NCBI GenBank assembly: GCA_046563655.1
Contig: CM102289.1
Coordinates: forward strand, 1,922,001 to 1,986,000
Source of the DNA: Yuukianura sp. NJ FZ-2021
Taxonomy: Eukaryota
Length of the DNA stretch: 64,000 nt
Reading direction: 5' to 3'
Shown here: positions 36,068 to 48,498 of the stretch, piece by piece
Numbering within the stretch: position 1 is the first letter of the stretch
Layout: each line of letters opens with the position of its first letter
The notes under the pieces: generated by a model
The model's database searches: none
Told to the model about the DNA's origin: nothing
What the model saw: only the letters and a program-made list of their open reading frames with translations
Program-made: the position numbers and the translations under genes

Positions 36068-39000
36068 TTAAAGTTTAAGTCGTTTGATATCTTCTGATCT
36101 AAAATCTGAGCGCAAGTTGAGAACTTGACGTACTTCGGCTGCGGTGAGACGCCATGACACAGGCCCCTTTCCCCAATAGTCTGAAATTTCTGACACTTTT
36201 TCCAAAGCTAGTAAAATTGTTACTTGAGTTAACCTAGAGAATTTATCCCGAACGGACCAACTAGTTGAACTAGTAAGGTATCCGATTAGCGTTCTCAATT
36301 CCTTGTCAAATTGTAATCCACCAATCTATAAACAACAGGATCGTGATATTTTATTAACGGGATTCAAAAAACTAAGAAACACTAAAGCTTTGCGTGTTTT
36401 CTTACCCGGTTGAATTTGATTTTGAACAAAGCTTTTTCTAGCTGAACCGAAATTTCCGTCGTCACCATGCCGATGAACGACTGGAAACAGGATGGAGAAA
36501 GGCAGGATTTGAAAGAAACAAGGAAAGCGTCCAGGTCGGCAATAAAAGCCTGCATTGGTTGACTCTCTTCCTGGAACTCGTCCTCATTCAATTCATATGA
36601 ACTTCTCTGCAGACCAACAACAAATCAAAACAGATTGTAATTTTGAAACAGTGTTAAAAATTTCCAATTGAAATTCTGTATGCTACTTGATGATGATAGT
36701 ATTCGCTTACAGCGTGAAGGAACGTGTCTAACCAAGGCTTGACTCTGTCAGAAAAACAAGTAAATTTTGAATTAACGTTGGTAAAATTTTTCCCGCCAAA
36801 ATTTGATTTTACCTGGGCTTCACTGCGCTTGAGCGTAGTTGTGAGAAACCAAACTCGCATACTGACTTGAGTCTAACATTGACCGAAACGAGTCCAGAAA
36901 GGCAGTTGCTAAGTTTCTCTTTGTCGTACTTTGTCAAGTTTTGGCCTAGCGCTTCACTTATGGAACTGTCAAGTGAAGATTTTAACGCATTTACGTACTC
37001 CATGCTTGTGTCTGTGTTGTTCAAGTAAGCCTAAGAAAATTAGAAACACAAAAGTAAGTCTCGACTCCATGTTATAATAAAAGGCGCCAAGAAACTAGAA
37101 TCCAATGAAATCGAAAGTTCATACCACAAACTGTGTCCTGGCAGTTTCAATATCTGAACTCTGCAGCTTGCCATACTGAAGTGAGCTTTGAATGACACTG
37201 TACGCTTGAGCGAGATCCAAATACCCAGATGGAAATCCCTGCCTAAGCTGATGTAGCAACAAATCTGCAAAATCGGACTCCAGTATTCCACAGGCATTGT
37301 TGATCACTGCGCAGACTCCATCTACATTCTGACTGCTCAAACTCCTTTTGATACACTTCTTGACAATGAAGAACACATCATCCGTCATACTCGATAGAAC
37401 GAAAGTTTCTCCTCCTGATCCATCCACCAGCACATCCATCTCCACGGCCTTCTGGACACTCTGGGCCATGAAATACTGCTCCAGTAGAATGTACTCGCCA
37501 AGCAATACTTGCATCCGTCTAAAAGTCTCGGCTGTTTTCAGCAGTCTGTCGAGTTCAGCCACCTTCGCCTTTTTCTCAATCTCGTCGGTTATTGACACTT
37601 CAAGGTCAAGCTGAGGAAAGTGGAAAATAGATTTTCAATAAGTAAAAACTGCAAATTGCGAATTGATTTTAGCAAAGATTGTCTCACCATGACTCTTCGT
37701 CGTACAAATCTGGAATAGAGTTCCGTCCGTGCACTGAGAAGTGTAAGCTCGGATAGGATTAGATCAATTTCCTTAGGATTTAGTTTAGTTCCATCTGCTT
37801 TGGCATTGGAATTGAAAGAAGAGACTAGTGCAACTTTCCGGTTGAATCCGCGGTGTTTTCGAAATTCATCGAGAATGAGGACTGCTTGAACGTCGCATTC
37901 CTTTTGCAAAGATTCCATTACTCGGAGCATGCGGCCAGGGCCTGTAAAAAATCCAAATCAACAATATTTTAATCAAAACCTCAATCTATTTTTTACGATT
38001 TGAAAATCGATCTGATAAAAGACGAAGCTTACCGTAATAGGTTTCGACAAGGGGCTGATGGATTTCGACAATTCTGGCAATACCTTCGAACAGTAGTGTC
38101 AAAGTATCGGCGTAGATGACACTGGCCCTCTTGTCACTTTCTCGAGTGAGACGTGAGCCATTCAAATTCTTAGTTGAAGATTCACGTAACTGACATAAAA
38201 GTTTAAAACTAATTTTTAAAGCGCCAATATTTTGGATAATTCAAAAACTGTCACCTTCGAGGCAAGATAGCTTGTGAATCGCTGTATCCCTTCTTCATGC
38301 ATGTTGATGAGAGGAAATATTTTGAAAAATCGTTCCACTGAGGCCAAGTCCTCATTTTTGACTGCTTCATCAAACCTATTGGTGACAACAACTTTCAGCA
38401 GATTTTCAGCATCGTGTAACTTGTGAAACGATGCGTCCAACGTTTTTCCTACGATCATAACAAAAAACTCATCACTAAACACTTTGAGTTTGGAGGCATG
38501 GCAAATCTGGTGTATCGGCTAGATTACCCTCGGAGTCATTCCGGGCGGTATGTTTCAGCACAGTTTCGTCCATGGTGAGGAACCGGTGGACATGTGCTGC
38601 GGCTTGTTCGTAATCTTCGTTTTGCATGGCCGTAGCTACTCCTTCGCCGCATTGTTGCAAATCCAGAAGATCGTTTACTCGTTGTTGGGACTCGGAAACT
38701 CTGCTCTAAAAATGGCAGAAACACGATTATAAACGTTTTCTCTTCGCTTTTGACTGCACAGCTTTACCTTTGCTATATCTAGTTGCTTCACTTTTCCGCT
38801 GACATCGTCCGCAAGGTCAGCGGCCCGATGGAGCACTTCAGCCAACCTATCTGCATCTGCTTCGATGGGCTTAAGCATCTTCAGCTTCTGCGCAACCAGT
38901 CTCATGTCTGCTTCTATCTTCATTCGTGTTTTCAGAATTTCATCAATACGGCTATTGCATTCCTTCTGTTAAAACCAAGTTCCCTGTTAATTTCAACAAT

Positions 39001-39131
39001 TTCCATAAATTATTTAATTTGTTTATAAATCTGACCTCTTTTAGGGCCATCTCTGCCGCTAGGACGTCAATTTCCTCGACATTCTCGAGTTTCGACAGCA
39101 CGTCACTGGTATGCCTGTCCACGGCAGACAT
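36068..39131 (-). CDS. COG4: Conserved oligomeric Golgi complex subunit 4 (multi-exon)
   Basis: Recognisable COG4 segments: [47 protein letters not shown], and the C-terminus [12 protein letters not shown]...[28 protein letters not shown]. Confidence 0.93.
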
Positions 39132-40007
39132 CGTTTTAGAATGAAGTGTCACCAGGTCAGCCGACAATTAGAATTTCAGTGTACGCTTGTTGCTAATTAA
39201 ATTAAGTAAAGAACGAGCTGGAACAGCTGATGATGCTGATGTGGCCGGGTTTAACTTTGTCCATTTATTTATGACAACAAAACATTGGTACAAGAGTCTG
39301 ACTAATTCCCGGAATTAGCAGATACTGCGAATTCCGGACGCATTCACATACGCGATATTCATGTTTAAAAAAACGCAAACAATCAAACTTAAATATAACG
39401 TTTTGAAAACGTTAATACCAGGGATTACTAAATTCTTCAGAAACAACTTAGTGTAAAAATCAGGTGCTAAATACACTGCTAAAACAATTAACTTGATTGC
39501 TAAGTTTTACATTCGCTATTCAAATAAGTTCACTTCTATTCGCTTTATTTCAATGAAATACTGATACTTGCACTGGTTGCACTTTAACGTTTTTCGTCTT
39601 AAAACTGCAACGTTAAAGCCAAACACATTTTGTTCTACAAATCCAACACTAATATACTTTGAGGTTAAATGAACATGGCAAGGTTAAGTTAAGATTTCTC
39701 CCAAATATCAATAAGACGAATAGTGAGATTGCATTAAGAAAAGCAAGGTAAATCACTACTAGTGATTAGTAATACTAGTTTCAAATAATAGTTTGAACAA
39801 TTACTCCTTTGCGTTCTAAGATTATGGATTAAAAAACTTTTAGTTCAGAAATGACTAAGGTTTATACAATTATGATTATGATTGTGAACTTGTTTCACAG
39901 TGATGACTCTCTTTTTTCAATATGACTTTAGTTATGTAACATTGGAGTTAAGATTTTGAAAAAGCAAACACTTATTTGAAATGGTCACGTTTTGTGACCT
40001 TAGGTAC

Positions 40008-42785
40008 TCAGATCTGCTCGATTCCTACGTCCTCGTCGTTAGAAATTACGTCGGCATCGTTCATTCGGCGGGCATGATTGTCCGGATTGAGCGGAAACTG
40101 TATAGCTCCGTTCCTCTCCACCATTTGTTCAGAACGACCTGATGCTGCACCAGAACTTGGGCCAGGAGAAGTCAAGCGTGGAGACGAGCTGCCGGTTTTC
40201 ATGTTCATAGTTTCTTCGCTTTCCTCCAGTTGTGAAGGGCATTCAAAATGAACGCAATGAAAAACCTAAAAAACCAAGAAAAAAATTGTTAGCACCGACT
40301 TATTAGATGACACTCACAAATATGATTTTTAAAAACTGTGCAATACCTCGTTAGCACTGTTTTCAGTTCCCATAATTCGGATATACACAACTGGGGTTGG
40401 GTTGAATCTTAAAATTTGCCAAGATTGACACCTCTCCCGTGACTTGTTAGCTACCATTTCCCATTTATGGAGGTTCCCAGAAACTTCAATGAAGTAAGAG
40501 TAATATCTGTCATCTAAAACAAGTAAAAAACGCCAATCCGGTTAAAAACTCTACATTCGTTCCGTTCCATTTAAAAATTTTTTTAAGAAAAAAACTATTT
40601 TGCTTGTTTCTTTTTACCTAGATCCCATAGCAAGAGCCTCATGCTTGAGATGGAGTAGGGTTGTGGCAATTGAATCATGATGGCGCCACTTCCAAGTTGG
40701 TGACAAGTGTAACCGCTGTCCCAGTCATACCCCTTTGTTTCGCCTAAGCACAGTTACATCCGAAAAAAAAAACTTAACTTTCAGAACTTCTCAACAAAGT
40801 ACAAAAACTCGTTCTTACCATTGATAAGCGCATTTCGACTTCGTGATACTCCTTCCGTAACACAAGCATTGAGAGCAATTGTGGCCACATTTTCCTTCGG
40901 GACTGCATGGAGAATTAAACCGTGACGGCATCAGAATAACTTAAGCGTGAGATGTTAAGCATAATTAAGTTAGAATTTCTTACCTAGAAGTCCATAGGTT
41001 GGATCAAGTGTAAATTCTTTCCGAGTAAAAAAAGCTTGAACAGTAACTACGTGAAACATTCGGTTGACAGTGTTGTGTGTTCCAACAATCTTGATATATC
41101 TGATCATCAAAAACATAAATTAGGAAATCGAAGTTTAACGTTTTAATTTGTTCCATAATATTTTGTATGCTGACCTGACGACACGTTGAGGGAAAAAGAT
41201 GTTTTGCCAGGAGCGGCAGTGGTACTTGGAGTAGTCACAGATTCTGATCCAATCTTTCTGGTCCATCGACACTTCGACGTAGTAAGAGTACCGTCGATTG
41301 TCACGATCCCACAACCTATATAAAGGGTCATACGGCACAAAACAAAAGTCATTAAACCTTTCATCGTAAAAAGTCACAGCATCAACTAACAAAATTCGAA
41401 TATGGTTTAAAATGCATTGTTGTCCCAGCTTGACGACAATACCGCCCTCATTGTCTCCTCCTTCGTCAATCACATGACGCGTAAAGCCCCTCTCCACATC
41501 GTAATGCTGAACGTCACCGTCCAGTTGTGCATCTATAACTTCTCCCTTGAGTACAGACGTTCCTTTCTGAAAACTGACAACATTCTCCTCCGGACCTACG
41601 TAGTATAATAATTGTGATAAATTATAACACATTCCAGAAATGAGTTGTCATACTGATACTGATTACACTTAAATAGTTCTAGTACTTACAAAGATATCCG
41701 CGAAACTGTATATCCATTCCATGCGTTTTGTTCTGGTTATAAATTGCATCAAGAATTAAGTTTGGTTCCACTAGTCCTGACGGTCGTACGATTTCCAATA
41801 GAGTCTCAAGGTTCATCAAAGAGAGCCTAACTCCTCGAAGAACAAAAGCTGCCTCTGAATGCAACGTTTGATTCCGTCGCACCCACTCGCTTGTAACTAA
41901 AAATATAAAAATAACGTCACGAGTCCGATAACCGATATACTCTTCTATTTCTTATTAGGATTTCACCATACGATGAAATGAGAGCTATTTCTGACCTTCA
42001 AAAATCTTTTCCTCGGGAGCACAAAATGAGTCGCGGGAAATCAACTCTTGGACGCCAACCTACAAACGACGAATCCACGAATCGAAATGAAATGACTCAG
42101 CTAATTAAACGCGTTTAATGTAAATTAATAACTCACCGGTGACAACGACATAAACGATGGATGGTCAAGCAGTGCATCGACATGCGTGTCGCAAAATACT
42201 GCACATGATGACACGAGTGATTGAAGAGAGTAGGCAAGGGCAGTGTCAAGAACAGCACAGACGTTTCCCACTTGGAGATTCGATTTTAAGTATTCACAGA
42301 TTCCAGCTTCCAGCTCTTCAAATCCCCATTGATGTGATAGCCTATATTCAAACCGATGAACGACCAACTTTATTACTGTAATACTAAAAGATCAAGGGTG
42401 ATTTTTGTTTAAAACGTAGTGTACGCCCTTACCCAAGAATATCCAGTATAACCTCTTCCTTTAGGTCTCCAAACGACATTCGTCCACTGTAAATGTACTT
42501 GAGAAGTATTTTGAATGCTGCAGTTGGAGCACCTTGGAGCTCAATTTCAAATTGGCTACTCTCCTTCATACCACCATACAGCAGAGCACGAAAGTACTGT
42601 GATCGAGCAGCAAGGATGACACGATGGGCCGGAAATTTCATTCCCTCAACAATCAGCTGAACATCTGAATACTCGGATGTCAGGAAGAGGGTGTTGCACA
42701 AGTTCTCTGACAGTGTCGCGACATGATCAACGTCACTTGAGCTTGATGCTTGGGATGTCTGGGCTTCACAACTTCTTGAACCCAT
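40008..42785 (-). CDS. BTBD9: BTB/POZ domain-containing protein 9 (BTB-BACK plus two discoidin-like domains)
   Basis: FPAHRVILAARSQYFRALLYGGMKES (BTB), LLEIVRPSGLV, LDGDVQHYDVERGFTRH, GIVVKLG..ILNHIRILLWDRD.R.YSYYVEVSMDQKDW, YDWDSGYTCHQLGSGAI. Confidence 0.92.
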
Positions 42786-43727
42786 CGTCCCTTGAACGAA
42801 ATGAGTCCTTAGCCTTACAACAAAAATAGATATCAAATTAGTCTGAGTACTTACTAACAACACAGTTACTTTTACTCATGTACTACTACGTTTGAGAAAG
42901 TCATCCAAAGTTAAAAAGTCGCATGCACGAATGCAGGAAGGATAAATCAAAATAAACGCCTGCTGATTACGATGTGACAAATAACGAATGAATGACTCAC
43001 TTCACAATAGCAAATCACCGTGTAAACCAAAATGTCCAATCGGGTGGATAACGAAATCGACAGTTCAATGACTCTATTATATACTGCAACAAATAAGCAA
43101 AGACAGATTATGCTTATTTGGCAAACTTAAGTAATCACTATCAATTTGAATGGTTACTGATTGATTACCTATAGGTATTAGTAGATCGAAGCAGTAAACA
43201 CTTTTCCTCCAGTGTCTCTTGTCAGTGAACAAATTACGAACAAAAAAGAGAAGGAAATCAAATTGAGCAAAACAAAATTGGCACACAAGAGAAAAATATT
43301 TGGGACTGACGATTCGGCAGAATTAGCGATCACGATCACGATCGCGATCGCGAACGATCGCACGCGATTCCAAGGTTTCAAAAACAAACCACGCGATGAA
43401 AAATTTTGCCAAAACAATTTCTTCTAAAAAATCTTTTCTAAATCTTTTTCTAAAAAATCACCAAAATGAAAATGCTGAATTAAACCAGAGCTTTGGTGCG
43501 GTTCTTTCCTGCTACAATACTTATTTTCGCTCACTTGTCTTTTTAATCAAAAATTGAAATGTATTTACCACTATAATAAAAGTGAATTACATAAAAAACA
43601 TCAATTCATGAAAATATAAAATATACACTTATATTATTGTACATTATTGCGATTAAGTTACTTCAGCTTTCATGTTGCTAAAGTTATGTAATGTTATTAT
43701 GCAACCAGAGAACAAAATGCGTTAGAG

Positions 43728-44857
43728 CTACCCATCAATTCGAACCAAGCAAATTCGAAGTACCCGCGTTTCCAAACCCGCTTGTACGCATACCTTTTGA
43801 CGCTTTCCCAGCGCAGTTGTGGACTTTACGTATTTCAACATACTATTTATAGTTGCTATACCAGTGGTATGCTGCTCCTTCACATGCCTATTCAGATTTC
43901 GCACAGTTGTATAACTCTTTTGGCAGAATTGACATTGTTCCTTGTGTCCACTGTGGAGTCGTTTGTGGTTCACAAGGGAAATGTTACACGTCAATCGTTT
44001 GGGACAAATGTCGCAGTCAAACATCCGTCTCCCGACTCCGTGTTTTGTTAATAAATGATATTTTAGATCTCCTTTTGTTACAGTTGCGTGAGTGCAATGC
44101 GGGCATTGAAACGTCTTCTCACCAACATGTCGCCTAATATGATCCTCCATGTCCTAGAGATAAGTACACTAGTAATTACTAAAAAATTAAATTTAAAAAA
44201 TTTTTCAAAAGGTATTGTTAATTAAAAATTAAACAAAAATACACATTACATGTCTGATGTGAGTTTGGTAGTCACAGAATCCGCACTGGAGCTTATTTTC
44301 ATTCAAATGTCTTTTTCTTGACATGTAAGGCCTGATTTAGTTCCAAAACGCTTTGGGCATACGTCGCACTGGAAAGCTCTCTCCTTCGTATGTTTAACCA
44401 AATGACGTCTGAGTCCCGCAGCATCTTTGGCAGCATATTGACAGAAATTGCACATGAAGTCACTCACTCCTGTGTGGGTGACCAAGTGAAACTTGAGCTT
44501 GGTTTTGGTATTGAATTCCTTTGGGCAGTTGCTGCATCCAAATAGTTCTTGAGTGTGGTAGCGACTATGAGACTTAAGTTGGAAGTTGTGTGCATAGGCT
44601 TTTCCGCATTCGGAGCTTACGAAAGGCCTTTCCCCAGTATTAATTCGCATGTGTCGTTTTAGAGTGCTTTGGAACCGAAACGTTTTAGAACAAGTTTTGC
44701 ATTCAAATGATGAAAAGTTCTCATATATTTTGGAATGCCCGGAAAGTTTTTCCGGTTTGAAGGTTTTACTGTACACGGCGCTTGTAACGCCGTTCGGTTT
44801 TGCGCCCGAACGTTGGTAACTTTGCCCCTGTTTGCATTTGGTTGCCATTCTTCCCAC
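43728..44857 (-). pseudogene. C2H2 zinc-finger gene with frameshift and degenerate fingers
   Basis: Tandem CxxC..H..H fingers with TGE(R/K)P linkers. A frame change near 44318 is needed to continue KRHLNENKLQCGFCDY into the last exon, and ligand residues are lost (HMRIN, FVSSEC). Confidence 0.7.
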
Positions 44858-45613
44858 TAATCTTAAGAAAATTGAAAAGTTAGGTTAAAAAATTAAAAAC
44901 TTACTCATGTGTGATTAGGTAACAGTTATGTAACATTAAGTAAAAATATTTACTAAACATTTGAAACTTACCGTAAAGTCAGATGCTCGTTGGTTTTCGT
45001 TGTATTTGTAAACAACGAATTGGAATTGGTTTGAACGTCGAAATCGTATAAAACGTGTCGTCTAAATTGTTGACGGTTATCTGTGCCTTGTTGCTTCAAT
45101 GCTTCAAACTCAAAACATTTTTAAGAAGTTCGCCTTTAGCTATTTTCGAACACTGAAATAGTTTATTTGAGGAATAAAATGGAAAAAGGTTTTGTCAAAA
45201 AGGTGTGTGCCTGGTAAATTCTGGGGTGGCAAAGACTTTGCACAAAGAAGTTCAACGCGATTCTACCATTTCAAAACTAAGCATACGATGAGAAATATTT
45301 ATCAAAACAAATTTCTACCTAAACCTTCTTCTAAAAATACAACAAAACACAAATGGTAACCCGAAGAAACTTTCGTGTGGTTGTTTCCATAAATACTTTA
45401 TGGTCGCTATTTCCTTGCTTTTACTCAAATGGACCAATTGAGTGGTTTTTCAACCAATTTATGAATAATAAAATATACACTTACATTGTTACAACAGATT
45501 GAATACAATTTGTTGGTAAAATTTTAACTTTTAACGATAAGTTACATGTAGTTACACTTATATAAACTAAACAGAACTGAATACAAAAACAAATGAAACG
45601 ACGTATAATAGGC

Positions 45614-46162
45614 TTACTTATCAAGTCGAGTCAAACAAATACGAAGTTCCCGGCTTTCCAGACCCGCTTCCGCACATGTGTTTTGACGGGTTATCGGCGC
45701 AGTTGTGTTTACGTATTTCAACATACTATTCGTAGTTGCTGTACCAGTGGTATGATGTTCCTTCACATGCCTATTCAGATTGTGTACATGTGTATAACTC
45801 TTTTGGCAGAATTGGCATTGTTCCTTGTGTCCACTGTGGAGTCGTATGTGGTTCAAAAGAGTACGCTTAGAAGTCAATTGTTTGTGACAAATGTCGCAGT
45901 CAAACGTCTTTCTTCCGACCCCGTGTACTATTTTTACATGATCATTTAGCTCGATGGAGTTGGTCACTCCGGGCGTAGGCTTTTCCGCATTGGGAGCAGA
46001 CGAATATGGTTTTTCGCCGTTGTGTACACGCATGTGTCTCTTTAAAGCACACGGGAAACGAAACGCCTTAGAACAAGTTGTGCATTCAACTGGTCGGTCG
46101 GTACGACGAATTTGTCCGGAAAGTTTTCCTCCTTTTACACTTTTACTGCATTTAGTTGTCAT
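45614..46162 (-). pseudogene. Internally deleted C2H2 zinc-finger paralogue (open frame retained)
   Basis: Same N- and C-terminal segments as 43728-44857. Finger 2 (FVCSQCGKAYARSDQL) lies in a shifted frame and the central fingers plus intron are missing. Confidence 0.6.
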
Positions 46163-46836
46163 TGTTCCAACTTGTCAAAAGCGTAACGAAAAAAATGCTA
46201 TTAAAGTTTTTGAAAAATGAACTGTTTTTACTATACAAACTTACGTTTGTTAAACTTATAGAAAATTACCGTCAACTTAGGAGTTCCACTAAAAAAGGGA
46301 ATTGGAATTTGTGTAATGTCGAAATCTTTACGACGCTCTTCTTCTAGTTTTGAAATTTATCTGAACCTGCAATACGCTGCAGCTTCAAAAAAGCTTGTCC
46401 TTTTTCCTTTTGTCCTCGGGTTATTTTGGTAGACTGAAAAACTTAACATAGTAAGTTCATTTGTAAAAATTTTGAAAAAAAGGTGTGCCTTTTCATTTGT
46501 CTAAAATTGCCCATCCTTTTGAGAATGTGAAAAAAGAGTTTTGAAGGGCATGAATTGACTTGATTTATTAGGTGAATTGCAATCCTACGTAAACGTACAC
46601 GTTTGGTCCAATTTTTGATTTCCCGCGCAAGTTTTTCTCTAGGGGGGCAAAGTTTTGGGAACTTTCTCCGTACGTTAACTTGTAAGTTTGGTAAGTTTGA
46701 ACTTACAAACAGATGATTCCACGTTCAGTCGTACGTTTGGTTGTTCTCTTCAGTTCTTTCGTAGATCTTCACAACAATTAAGTCTTTAAAGTTAATTTTG
46801 ATTAGCTAGTGATCGTTTTCATCGCTCTGGTTCGAA

Positions 46837-47642
46837 ATGAAGTCAAGATTCGACTTCAATTCGAATCCAAAGTACGACATTGAGCTTCTGATTGAAACGG
46901 AGTGCCTTAACCCCTTCTCTCCTCCCACGGATAAGCTTAGGAAGGAAGTATGGAAGGAAATCGCCCAAAATTTGAACAAGTCGGATATCAAGATGGACGT
47001 AACTGATCGCTCGTGTCGGAAGAGAATTCAGCGACTGCTAAAAGAGTTTCGTGAAGATGAATATCTCAGTAAAAGAGCGTAAGATTTTTAATTCTAAGTG
47101 ATGAACAATTCGATAATTCATAACCAAATTTGACATCACTTTTGTGTTTTTAGATCTGGAATCGCTGAGGATGACCTTAGTCTAACCAAGAATCTGCTGG
47201 GAAGAATCCAACAACTGCTTACAGACTCTGGTAACATTTCTATCGTCTATGGAAAACGGAAGAGAGAAGCAGCTGAAACTACGAGAAGTCAAGCACTGGC
47301 ACCGATTGATTTGGGAACCGTGGATGACGACGACGAAGTGAATGAAAATTCAATTCCACCTCACACTTTTGAGGAGACTGCAGCCGCCGCCGATCCAAGC
47401 GAATCACATAAAACACCGAGGACACTGAAAATACGTGATACGCTTGCCTTCCTGGCTAAAAAGAACGAGGTAACACAATTCTAGTCCTATTCGTGTTAAA
47501 CGGTTGGAAGTTTTTAATTGAGAGTTAGAGTTAAACTAAAATCTGTCCCTTTCTACTTATATGTTTCCAGGCTAAGATGACTTTCAAAAGTACGGAACTG
47601 GAAGTAAGAAAACTGGAGGCCGAAAATAAAATACGAAATTAA
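46837..47642 (+). CDS. Transposon Myb/SANT (MADF-like) DNA-binding protein, 3 exons, probably C-terminally truncated
   Basis: Exons 46837-47078, 47154-47469 and 47571-47642 splice in frame. W..IA..LN...T.RSCRKR...LL..F...E..S.RASGIAE pattern, acidic linker and coiled-coil-like end. Confidence 0.7.
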
Positions 47643-47869
47643 ATACGTTTAAGTTCAAGGTTAAGTTTAAGAAGTTCTGATTTATGAAATAGGAAATTCA
47701 GGAAATAAAATTCATCGTCAAAGTTCTTCAGTTTGAATAACTTCTTCCTAACTTTAATTGGTGGTCTTCTAATGGTAGTATACAAAATAAGGATGTCCTC
47801 CACATCACTACCAGATAAGTGTGGAATGTGGATGCAGTCTAACGGTATTTTTGTCCATTTGAGTTTCAA
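47639..47869 (-). pseudogene. N-terminal remnant of a Harbinger-type transposase
   Basis: FKLKNFDDEFYFLNFLFHKSELLKLNLEL resembles the F..L....D....F.F.K..+..L...L N-terminal motif of Harbinger-family transposases; no DDE domain present. Confidence 0.45.
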
Positions 47870-48498
47870 AAATCGGTTTGTTTTAATTCCACTATTCCAT
47901 TACTAGTTTTCAAACCAGAATTTAAAAGGTCTGGTGTCGCGTCACTTATTTCTACGTCTAGACGTACGATTGCAATTTCCAACTTCTACGTTAACTTATT
48001 GACCAAACGTAGGAGAGAAAGCTGACGTCACTGAACGCGCGTTCTACGTTCAAACCTATGATTGCAATTTCCCTATTGTTGAGTATAGCACTTGAAAAAT
48101 TGTGGAGCAGTGATGTAATTGCACAAAAAGTTAAGTTACAATGCAATTCAGGTTCAAAGTCAATACACAATTTTTGCACACGAAATCTGCTAAGCATAGC
48201 AGCGGTGACCCTGCCCAGTAAACTGCGCAGTTCAAACTTTTGTGGTTGTTCAGACAATTCTTTCAGTTCTGACAAAAAAAAGTACAAAAACGAAAAGTTT
48301 GGAAACATAATGATAAGTCCTTCAACTAGCACGAGTGCTTTTCCACACTTCCCACTTGATTCTAATTTTTTAATTTTTTCGTGTCATAGAGAAACTTTGA
48401 AAGCATTTTATATATAAAATCCAACGTGCTCAGACTATTATCTCAGTATATATTTTGGTTGTGAATTGTGAATTCTTGTTTTAAATTTTGGAAAAGTC

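Larger units (their letters stand above)
46570..48074. mobile_element. PIF/Harbinger-group (PHIS) DNA transposon, internal deletion derivative
   Basis: TIRs AGGTGAATTGCAATCCTACGT vs reverse-complement AGGGAAATTGCAATCATAGGT; 3-bp flanks ATT/ATT; carries a Myb/SANT-like gene and a convergent transposase-like N-terminal remnant. Confidence 0.75.

Noticed and set aside
47991..48417. ORFs 47991-48332 and 48058-48417
   Set aside because: They cross the transposon end and the fax upstream region, have no motif, and overlap on opposite strands.
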